NCBI GenBank assembly: GCA_043808285.1
Contig: JAZDFA010000007.1
Location: 129,187 to 193,186, forward strand
Origin: an archaeon
GTDB lineage: Archaea; Nanobdellota; Nanobdellia; Pacearchaeales; DTIR01
DNA: 64,000 nucleotides
Direction of reading: 5' to 3'
The notes beneath the pieces are model-generated. The model worked only from the letters and a program-made list of their open reading frames with translations. It did not search any database and had not been told where the DNA came from. The position numbers and the translations under genes were made by a program. Below are positions 7,842-15,002 of this stretch, piece by piece (within the stretch, counting starts at the first letter, position 1; each line of letters starts with the position of its first letter).

Positions 7842-8110
7842 TAGATTATGATTATTATGTCAAGAACACTTGACAAAACTCGTGTGTTCTTGATCATCCT
7901 AAAGTTGCCTGCTAAATCAGTATTCAGCAACTTTATGATATTGAGTTTTATGGGGGGTTTCCTGGGTCGAGGAGGAAGAAAGTGATTAAGAATAAGCTGT
8001 ATGCTAAGTACTCTGTTGCTTGCATTTTTATTACGCCCGGAGAGGTGGGGGATTTGGGTGGGGCGATAGTTGGGGAACTTGAAAGGGAGTTCGGACGTGG
8101 GAGTGTGTGA
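7842..8110 (+). pseudogene. Decayed copy of the last ~190 bp of the NUMOD3/PD-(D/E)xK nuclease gene, interrupted by an 81-bp hairpin element
   Basis: TAGATTATGATTATTAT / ATTGAGTTTTATGGGGGGTTTCCTGGG...AAGTACTCTGTTGCTTGCATTTTTATTACGCC...GGGAGTTCGGACGTGGGAGTGTGTGA is collinear with 4834-5020 of the intact gene. The reading frame is not preserved upstream. Confidence 0.75.
7859..7939 (+). mobile_element. Hairpin MITE-like element (IS200/IS605-derivative-like), copy A
   Basis: It is inserted right after TTAT. Stem 1 pairs TCAAGAACAC (7860-7869) with GTGTTCTTGA (7884-7893). Stem 2 pairs TAAAGTTG (7900-7907) with CAACTTTA (7928-7935). It is absent from the homologous position of the intact gene. 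Confidence 0.7.
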
Positions 8111-8116
8111 AGGATG

Positions 8117-8133
8117 GATTTTTATAGAATAGA
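8117..8133 (+). promoter_or_regulatory. TATA-box promoter of xseA, identical 17-mer to the nuclease-gene promoter
   Basis: GATTTTTATAGAATAGA lies 32 nt upstream of ATG 8149 and is identical to 4099-4115. Confidence 0.5.
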
Positions 8134-8148
8134 GAACTAGAGTAAAAT

Positions 8149-9375
8149 ATGGAAACCAATCTTGAGCCGAATACAAAAATATATTCTGTAGATGAAATAA
8201 CAACGCACATTAAAAATTTAATAGAGAGGGATGAAGCCTTGCAAGACATTTCTGTTGAGGGAGAGATATCTAATTTCAGGCATTCCAATAAAATGCATAT
8301 GTACTTCAGTTTAAAGGATGAAAATTCAATAATAGAATGTGCCATGTTTCAAAGGGCAAATCAGAATCTGGAATTTATGCCATCAGATGGAATGAAAGTA
8401 GTTGTCAGAGGATATCTGGAGGTCTATAAACCCAGAGGCACATATCAAATAATTGTAGAGGAAATGCATCTAGCCGGAAGGGGCAAATTGTATCTTGAAT
8501 TTTTAAAACTAAAGGAAAAATTGGAAAAAGAAGGGCTATTTAAAGAAGACCACAAGAAACCTCTTCCAAAATATCCTAAAACTATAGGCGTGATTACATC
8601 TCCTGAAGGGGCAGTTATTTATGATATCATTAAAGTTGTAAAAAGAAGATATCCCCATGTCAAGATTATACTCTTCCCTTCCCCGGTTCAGGGAAATGAA
8701 GCAAAATATAGGATAGTAGAAGGAATAAAAAAATTAAATCAGATTTGTGTTGATGTGATAATTATTGCAAGAGGGGGTGGTTCATTTGAAGACTTATGTT
8801 CATTTAATGAAGAGATTATTGCAAGGGCAGTTTATGATTCCAAAATACCAATAATCTCTGCTATAGGTCATGAAACAGATTTTACAATTATAGATTTTGT
8901 GGCTGATAAAAGAGCTCCAACTCCTTCTGCGGCTGCTGAATTGGTAGTTCCAGATGAAATAGAAGTTTACAATAATCTTTCCAATCTTGAAAACAAGATC
9001 TATAGGTGCATGATAAGAGTAATTGAATCTTATAAACAAAGAATCCATTATATCTCAAATAGACTGATTTTTAAAAGACCTTTTAGTTTAATAGAAGGAT
9101 ATAAACAAACTCTGGATGAACGAGGAATCCAGCTTAAACAAACAGTAGTTAACAAAATTGAAATTCTAAAAAGAGAAGTAAATGGATTTGAAGGAAAGCT
9201 GAACGCTTTAAGCCCTTATTCAGTATTAAAGAGAGGATATAGCATCACACAAAAAGATGGTAAGATTGTTTCAAGCATAAAGAATATAAGCAAGGGAGAT
9301 ATTATTTACACAATTGTAAAGGATGGGGAAATAAAATCTGGGATAAAAAACAAAAATGAAAGAAAAATCATTTGA
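8149..9375 (+). CDS. xseA: Exodeoxyribonuclease VII large subunit
   Basis: 408 aa. An N-terminal OB-fold region (VEGEISNFR.H..GH.YF.LKD) is followed by GVITSPEGAVIYDI, IIARGGGS.EDL and ISAIGHETDFTI, the canonical XseA pattern. Confidence 0.9.
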   Translation: METNLEPNTKIYSVDEITTHIKNLIERDEALQDISVEGEISNFRHSNKMHMYFSLKDENSIIECAMFQRANQNLEFMPSDGMKVVVRGYLEVYKPRGTYQIIVEEMHLAGRGKLYLEFLKLKEKLEKEGLFKEDHKKPLPKYPKTIGVITSPEGAVIYDIIKVVKRRYPHVKIILFPSPVQGNEAKYRIVEGIKKLNQICVDVIIIARGGGSFEDLCSFNEEIIARAVYDSKIPIISAIGHETDFTIIDFVADKRAPTPSAAAELVVPDEIEVYNNLSNLENKIYRCMIRVIESYKQRIHYISNRLIFKRPFSLIEGYKQTLDERGIQLKQTVVNKIEILKREVNGFEGKLNALSPYSVLKRGYSITQKDGKIVSSIKNISKGDIIYTIVKDGEIKSGIKNKNERKII

Positions 9376-9571
9376 AGAGGCATTGGAAAAAATAGACGAG
9401 GTCATAACCTCACTTGAAGAGGAAGATTTGCCATTGAAGAAAAAAATAGAAAAATTCAAGGAAGGCGCTGAATTACTGAAATTTTGCAACAAAGAGCTCA
9501 AGGAATCTGAGCTGAGCATACAGAAGATTTTAGATAAAGATGGAAAGATCAAGCTCGAAGAATTTGAATAA
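9356..9571 (+). CDS. xseB: Exodeoxyribonuclease VII small subunit
   Basis: 71 aa. SFEEALEKIDEVITSLEEEDLPL is the XseB signature. It overlaps xseA by 20 nt. Confidence 0.8.
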   Translation: MKEKSFEEALEKIDEVITSLEEEDLPLKKKIEKFKEGAELLKFCNKELKESELSIQKILDKDGKIKLEEFE

Positions 9572-9574
9572 AGA

Positions 9575-9629
9575 GATTCTGGGATATTTGGGTAGGGAGT
9601 TCGGAGAAGGGGGGTGTTTAGGTTTCTAA
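9575..9629 (+). repeat. Decayed relic of the nuclease-gene 3' end
   Basis: GATTCTGGGATATTTGGGTAGGGAGTTCGGAGAAGGGGGGTGTTTAGGTTTCTAA translates in one frame to ..LGREFGEGG.., compared with ..LRRSFGEGSV* in the intact gene. Confidence 0.5.
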
Positions 9630-9641
9630 AAATAAGATATT

Positions 9642-10088
9642 TTACTTTTCTTTATTATCAAAGAAACAATGTTTCCTTACTACTTGTATAAGTTCTTTAC
9701 TCTCTTTACTTTTTGTATCTTGCATTTTCCACTCTTCTAATTTTATAGAAGAAGCATTAAACTGATAATAAGCATTTTTATAGAAAATAGCACTTAAAGT
9801 CATAAGAATTCCTAAAGAAACAAGGATTACTGAATAATCTTTAAATGAAAAGGATAGTAAAATTAAGAATAAACCAAAAAAAAGTACCCCCCATGCTCTT
9901 TTTTCTTCTAAATCTATTGAAACTAGGTGCTTATAATCTAAATCTCTCAGAGTTTTATCCCCCACTAAATTTTTTTTGAATTTTAATAACCTCTTGTTTG
10001 TCGCAATCCAATTTATGCCCCCCACTTTATGTTCATACTCTATCTTCTCTTCGGGGGATAATTGATTTAAGATATATTCTTCTACCAT
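9642..10088 (-). CDS. Membrane protein with an N-terminal bacterial-PH-like domain
   Basis: 148 aa. GGINWIATNKRLLKFKKN is followed by two hydrophobic helices. The domain assignment is weak. Confidence 0.35.
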   Translation of the reverse strand: MVEEYILNQLSPEEKIEYEHKVGGINWIATNKRLLKFKKNLVGDKTLRDLDYKHLVSIDLEEKRAWGVLFFGLFLILLSFSFKDYSVILVSLGILMTLSAIFYKNAYYQFNASSIKLEEWKMQDTKSKESKELIQVVRKHCFFDNKEK

Positions 10089-10171
10089 GTTAGTACCTCT
10101 TTTCTATGATGCTAGAGTTAGTTAATAGAGATATTTAAGGGTTTTGGGCAAGAGGCAGAGGGGAATTTGGG

Positions 10172-12094
10172 TTAAAAATTAATTCTAGATTTAAAATAAT
10201 TCTCAACTTCTTTATCCACAAAATAAACATAACATCCCTTCATGCCTCTTGACATTAAGACACGATAAATATTCTTAACATACTCATCAAATCTCTCTCT
10301 GCTTTTTTTTAGCATTGGGTCTTTAGATCCATCACGGTTAGCTATCAAGCAATCATTCGCTTTGTCATATTTTAAATCAGCACCAACAATTACACCTATA
10401 TAATCGAACTCAAAACCCTGAGCAGTATAGATACATCCAACTTGTTTAATCCCTTCTGGTTTATATGCCCACTCATACCACCTAACATAACCTTCTGGAG
10501 GGGTAATGTCTCCATGAGTTTCCCAAGGCATTTCAAAACTTTCAATTTTAACATCTTTTACTAATTCTCCTTTTTCATTAAGTTTTGTAGACCAGGGCCA
10601 ACAATATCCTGCAACAATCCTAGCACTCATGCTTTTTTGTGAATTTTTCTCTTTTATTATCTCATAAAGTTGATTTGGAGAATCTATGATTTGAAAATCA
10701 AAATTATCTTCTTTTTTCAAAATCTTTTTTTCAGAAGTATATCCTAAAACATGTTCTAACCAATCCAGATAGTTATCTGAACCATTACATCTAAACTGCG
10801 AGGTTAGCTCCACTTCTTCGATATTTCTTCCCAACATCTCTCCAGTCTTTTTGATTAATTTAGTATTTCCTACTTCTGCGCCCCTGATCGTCTGTTTGTC
10901 ATCTATAAAAAAAATAGAGGTTTTTGCACACCTAATTAACTGCTCTACTTGAGGCATGGTTGTTCTATTCTCTTTTTTAGTGAATCTATGGTCTGATTTT
11001 TCACCAATTCTATGTGCTTCATCAACAATTAAGATATCTAACTCATTTTCACCAATTTTGGTAGGTATATATGGATCTAAACTGGTAAAGAGTATTTTGG
11101 CATTAACTTCTCCAACTTTTTGCCCCCTTTCCATCTTATATCTGATTGCTTCAATTAATGGTTTTGACCTAGATGAAAAGAATATCTTGTATTTCTTATC
11201 TTTATGACCTGCAAATTCTGCCAGAATATGTAAAGCGATTACTGTTTTACCAGTGCCAGGCCCGCCTTTTACTATAACCACACTTTTTTCATTGTTTGTT
11301 TCACCTTTTTTTATTTTATCAACAATCGCATTTCTAGCATATATCTGATCATCAAGCAAATTAAAATCAGATTCTTTTTTTATAACGGTGGAAGCATTAT
11401 CCAAAAGTTTTCTTGAGGGTCTTATGGGAGATTCCATGAACTTATTAAAAATATCAAAACCATCTTCTTGACCTAGTAACTCTTTCAATCTCTCTGCTAA
11501 TTTCTCTATATCGTTTTTTGTGTAGATTGGATATTTGGCTAGAACTTCACTATATTTGATGTCAAATAATCCTTTTCCTTCTTTTTTATCATAATTTGGG
11601 CAATAAGCACAACCAAATAAATTAACTTCTTTTTCTTCAAATATTTCCACAAAACCCAATAGATAATTACTGTATCCCTGAACTTGTTGTGAAGGATGCG
11701 CAACCTTTCTTTTATCTCCACCAGTATATGTTTCCACAAAGTTTCCTTCACAGTCTAATGCTTCTACATCTTTCCATTGCTTCATCTCTATATGCACGAC
11801 TATCCCTTTTCCGTGTTTATTCTTACCAAATAATAAACAGTCAATTCTTTTCTGGGTATAGGGAACTTGATATTCAAATGAAACATAAACATTTTCTAAA
11901 CAGCCTAATTCAATCAAATTTTTTATTACTTTTCCAGTATCTACCCAAGAATTAAACTCTGGCTCTCCAGCCTTTCTTCCGTAGGATTTTGAGAAGTTTT
12001 CTTGAAGTATGTCTGCAAATTTATTTAGTAATACATCTCTGACAAATTGTTTTTGCGGTGCGTCATAAATAATCAGTCTATTCAGCATTTTCAA
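10172..12094 (-). CDS. DUF2075-type SF1 helicase/ATPase with an N-terminal PD-(D/E)xK nuclease-like domain
   Basis: 640 aa. The N-terminus has IDCLLF..(n)..VVHIEMKQW (D...ExK). It also has Walker A GGPGTGKT, DEAHR, and the C-terminal YTAQGFEFDYIGVIVG and YRVLMSRGMKGCYVYF. The start is TTG at 12094 or ATG at 12088. Confidence 0.8.
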   Translation of the reverse strand: MKMLNRLIIYDAPQKQFVRDVLLNKFADILQENFSKSYGRKAGEPEFNSWVDTGKVIKNLIELGCLENVYVSFEYQVPYTQKRIDCLLFGKNKHGKGIVVHIEMKQWKDVEALDCEGNFVETYTGGDKRKVAHPSQQVQGYSNYLLGFVEIFEEKEVNLFGCAYCPNYDKKEGKGLFDIKYSEVLAKYPIYTKNDIEKLAERLKELLGQEDGFDIFNKFMESPIRPSRKLLDNASTVIKKESDFNLLDDQIYARNAIVDKIKKGETNNEKSVVIVKGGPGTGKTVIALHILAEFAGHKDKKYKIFFSSRSKPLIEAIRYKMERGQKVGEVNAKILFTSLDPYIPTKIGENELDILIVDEAHRIGEKSDHRFTKKENRTTMPQVEQLIRCAKTSIFFIDDKQTIRGAEVGNTKLIKKTGEMLGRNIEEVELTSQFRCNGSDNYLDWLEHVLGYTSEKKILKKEDNFDFQIIDSPNQLYEIIKEKNSQKSMSARIVAGYCWPWSTKLNEKGELVKDVKIESFEMPWETHGDITPPEGYVRWYEWAYKPEGIKQVGCIYTAQGFEFDYIGVIVGADLKYDKANDCLIANRDGSKDPMLKKSRERFDEYVKNIYRVLMSRGMKGCYVYFVDKEVENYFKSRINF

Positions 12095-12453
12095 AGCTCG
12101 TTATATTTCTTATTACTCCCCTTCGCCTTTTCAACGGGATATTTCTTTTCGTTCTTTTCCAGCTTCTTATTTAACTCTGTTGCCAAGTCTATGTCATATT
12201 TTTGGGCAAGCCTGATTAGAAAGTATAAAACGTCGGCCATCTCCTCGGAGATGTGCTGCTTTTTCTCTGGATTCTTGAACATTTCTTCTATTTCTTTTTC
12301 AGATTTAAACCTGAAATGCTCTAGAAGCTCTGAAGCTTCGGTAATAATGCCTATTGCAAGGTCTTTGGCTCCGTGATACTGGTCCCAGTCCCTGTCTTCG
12401 CAGAATTTCTTTACTTTTTCCTTTAGTTCCTGAATGTTGGTTTTGTGGTCCAT
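12091..12453 (-). CDS. MazG-like (DCTPP1-type) nucleoside triphosphate pyrophosphohydrolase
   Basis: 120 aa. FCEDRDWDQYH..KDLAIGIITEASELLEHF....EEMADVLYFLIRLA....DL......KLEKNEKKYP matches the all-alpha MazG/dCTPase pattern. Its stop lies within 4 nt of the DUF2075 start. Confidence 0.85.
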   Translation of the reverse strand: MDHKTNIQELKEKVKKFCEDRDWDQYHGAKDLAIGIITEASELLEHFRFKSEKEIEEMFKNPEKKQHISEEMADVLYFLIRLAQKYDIDLATELNKKLEKNEKKYPVEKAKGSNKKYNEL

Positions 12454-12522
12454 GTTGCTACAAGAATTGTTGGATTTATAGGGTTTTCGATAGGATGGAT
12501 AGAGAGGATATTTTAAATAGAT

Positions 12523-13257
12523 TTGTTGAATTGCTTAAGAATGGATAAATTAAAGAGAATAGTATCTGATAGGCAATGGTATCACACTTCAGCACCACTA
12601 AAGGTATTTGAAGGAAGACTTAAAGATATGATATTTTTAGAAGGAACTATCCTTACACAAAAAAATATGAATTCTTCAACTAAAAACGAAGCAAGAAAAC
12701 AATATGTAATTATGTTAGTTACATGTTATGAAACATATACTAGGGAAATGTTCAAAATATTGATTAATGAAGAACTTGTTGCTATTCCTAAAATAAAAAA
12801 GATGAAGGATGTAAAATTCGCAATAGAAGAAATTGAATATATAAAGAAAAATAATATAGAGTTATCTGAGTTGCTAGCAGAGTACATAAACTTTCAAAAT
12901 TTTGAAGAAGTACTTGAAATATTCAAAAATTTCGGATTAAACAAAAAAATAGATGAGAGTTTAAATAATCGGGATGGAGTTATGCCACTGCCAGATTCTA
13001 TTTTTAAGAATAAAAAGATAGATAGCGAAACTTTCGTAATTGAATTCTTTAAACAGATGACACTACATAACAAAATAGACAAAGAATACCTCTTTCATCA
13101 AATTAGGCTATTATTAGGAATAAGACATAAAATAATCCATAAGAATATTGATATAACCATTGAACAAGAAGACCTATTAACATTCACTCTTGCGATCTAT
13201 GAAATTGTTATGATACTAGACAGGTTCGTTCAAGACATGACATCCTCCCCACCCTAA
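12523..13257 (+). CDS. HEPN-like (RiboL-PSP/Abi-like) protein
   Basis: 244 aa, all-helical. The C-terminal LLLGIRHKIIHKN contains an Rx4H HEPN motif. It is divergent from the MazG-DUF2075 operon. Its last codons run into the IS200-like element. Confidence 0.4.
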   Translation: MLNCLRMDKLKRIVSDRQWYHTSAPLKVFEGRLKDMIFLEGTILTQKNMNSSTKNEARKQYVIMLVTCYETYTREMFKILINEELVAIPKIKKMKDVKFAIEEIEYIKKNNIELSELLAEYINFQNFEEVLEIFKNFGLNKKIDESLNNRDGVMPLPDSIFKNKKIDSETFVIEFFKQMTLHNKIDKEYLFHQIRLLLGIRHKIIHKNIDITIEQEDLLTFTLAIYEIVMILDRFVQDMTSSPP

Positions 13258-13943
13258 AGGTTTGATGCTGATGCATCAAATCCTCACTTCGTTCGGAGTG
13301 GGGTTTCCATGATGGTGTTCTTCTTGATTCAAGATATAATTTCTCACAACATCTTCTTGAACAAATCCTACTGAAGCTGCAAACTTGCCTCTGCTCCATA
13401 AATGCCCTTTGGGATACCTTAATCTTGCCTTTGGATTTTTCTCAAAGAAAAGTTTTGCAGATAATCCTTTTAAAATTAGCAAAACCTTTGATGCAGACAT
13501 ATTCAAAGAAACTTGCACTTCACAATGAATATGCTCTGGCATCACAGATAAAACAATAATTTTTATGTTATGCATGATTGCTGCCCTTCTTATGCAAGCG
13601 ATGCAAAGATTTTTTTGCTCTTCTTTAGCAAACATTTTGTAGGCATACTTTGATTTCCATTCAAGATGAAGCATCATCACCCCAACAGAATGAGAGTAAT
13701 GAGCATACTCATGTTTTTTATTTTCTGTATAGCTCCCGCTAAGTTGTATTTGTGTTTCCATTTTTCTCCGCACGGGGCGCGTTGTCGCGCACCGTAAAGT
13801 TTATTATCTGAGAGAAAGTTACAACTACATCTGATGATTTTCAGGGAGCTGCAACAAGCTCTCCCTGAATTATAATTTCTAAAGTAGAAAAAGATTACCG
13901 CAAACGCACTACTCCAGCCTAAAGGCTGGGGATTTCTTCTTAG
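13258..13943 (-). mobile_element. IS200-like element (boundaries approximate)
   Basis: tnpA is flanked by hairpins. On the 3' side: TTTGATGC-TGAT-GCATCAAA (13261-13280). On the 5' side: GCGCG-TTGT-CGCGC, CAGGGAG..CTCCCTG and CCAGCC-TAAA-GGCTGG (13786-13930). I saw no terminal inverted repeats, as expected for this family. Confidence 0.5.
13276..13773 (-). CDS. tnpA: IS200/IS605-family Y1 (HUH) transposase TnpA
   Basis: 165 aa. It has the HUH motif PEHIHCEV, LKGLSA, and LWSRG...SVG.....V.NYILNQ with the catalytic Tyr, collinear with IS200 TnpA. Confidence 0.85.
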   Translation of the reverse strand: MRRKMETQIQLSGSYTENKKHEYAHYSHSVGVMMLHLEWKSKYAYKMFAKEEQKNLCIACIRRAAIMHNIKIIVLSVMPEHIHCEVQVSLNMSASKVLLILKGLSAKLFFEKNPKARLRYPKGHLWSRGKFAASVGFVQEDVVRNYILNQEEHHHGNPTPNEVRI

Positions 13944-13996
13944 TTAATTAACGTTTTAGCAGTTATAGAGTAAGGCAGTTGATGGGTATTTTTAGG
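13944..13996 (-). repeat. Dispersed intergenic repeat (IGR family); the only inverted copy in the window
   Basis: The reverse complement reads CCTAAAAATACCCATCAACTGCCTTACTCTATAACTGCTAAAACGTTAATTAA. Confidence 0.7.
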
Positions 13997-14017
13997 GTAG
14001 GGATAAATGGAAAATCA

Positions 14018-14097
14018 TTTCTGCAAAACTAAGGGAAAAACAAATCTTCTAAGAACTAAAAACCTCTCCACCCCAGTCCTAACTTATAAAATTAAAC
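14018..14097 (+). repeat. Dispersed intergenic repeat (IGR family), degenerate forward copy
   Basis: TTTCTGCAAAACTAAGGGAAAAAC...CTAAAAACCTCTCCACCCCAGTCCTAACTTATAAAATTAAAC. Confidence 0.55.
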
Positions 14098-14131
14098 AAA
14101 GCTTTTTAAATAACAGAATATAAATTATATA

Positions 14132-14842
14132 ATGAAAAAGTTTATGTTAATAATTTTCTTCATCACCCTTGGGCTGATGCTATCACTTGGAGTACATGCA
14201 CAGAATTATGGAGAGAATAAAGATAATTCTAGTAAAAACAGTGATTATAAAATCGAAAATAAAACCCAGTACGAGAACAACTCCAATCACAACGAATCTG
14301 GACAGGGGAGTAATAATGAGACAAATAACAGCAGGGGTATTGGGCAGGAGTTAAGCGCCCAGATAAGAGAACTGAAAGGAGAACTTAAAGAAGGCAACTA
14401 TACAGGGTCTTTAGGCCAGCTTCTTAATGTAAAGCAGCTAAGTTCAGATCTTAGAGAGTTAAGAGTCAAAAATGTTTCTGCTGAGACTAATTTGAACGTA
14501 ACTAGGGAGCAGATTAATGAAAGAACAAAATTAACCGTTAAGTTAAATAATGGCAAAGAAAAAGAAATAAAGATAATGCCAGATACTGCATCTGAAAGAG
14601 CATTAGAATCACTAAAGTTAAATTCTTGTTCCTCAGAAAATAACTGCACAATTGTTTTGAAAGAGACTGGCGTTGGAACTAAAGATAATTCGATAAAATA
14701 TGAGATTCAGATAGAGAGGCATGCAAAGCTGCTAGGACTATTTAGAATTAAGATAGCAGAAAGAGCAGAAGTTGATGCAGAATCCGGAGATACAAAAGTA
14801 AAGAAGCCCTGGTGGGCATTTTTAGCAGTTGAAACCGAGTAA
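14132..14842 (+). CDS. Secreted or surface protein, Asn/Ser-rich N-terminal region
   Basis: 236 aa. It has an N-terminal signal-like hydrophobic segment (MKKFMLIIFFITLGLMLSLGVHA) and no recognisable domain. Confidence 0.45.
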   Translation: MKKFMLIIFFITLGLMLSLGVHAQNYGENKDNSSKNSDYKIENKTQYENNSNHNESGQGSNNETNNSRGIGQELSAQIRELKGELKEGNYTGSLGQLLNVKQLSSDLRELRVKNVSAETNLNVTREQINERTKLTVKLNNGKEKEIKIMPDTASERALESLKLNSCSSENNCTIVLKETGVGTKDNSIKYEIQIERHAKLLGLFRIKIAERAEVDAESGDTKVKKPWWAFLAVETE

Positions 14843-14866
14843 TATTCAGAATTCTTAAAAACACTT

Positions 14867-14957
14867 ATGTCACGTAAATTAACAACCCTCCAAAAGAAAA
14901 ACCCTGCTGCAAACTCCTAAAAATACTCCGCGTAACCTTATTCCTGTATTTAACAGG
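14867..14957 (+). repeat. Dispersed intergenic repeat (IGR family): a tail module plus one unit
   Basis: ATGTCACGTAAATTAACAACCCTCC is followed by CTGCAAACTCCTAAAAATACTCCGCGTAACCTTATTCCTGTATTTAACAGG. Confidence 0.7.
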
Positions 14958-15002
14958 CAATTTAATAATAAGCTTTATTAATAGATTTTTCAAGTGTTAT
15001 TC

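Noticed and set aside
7838-8345. Minus-strand ORFs 7838..8203 and 8031..8345
   Set aside because: They run antisense across the nuclease relic, the hairpin element and the start of xseA. Their proline/serine-rich translations derive from the G-rich relic, and there is no independent support.
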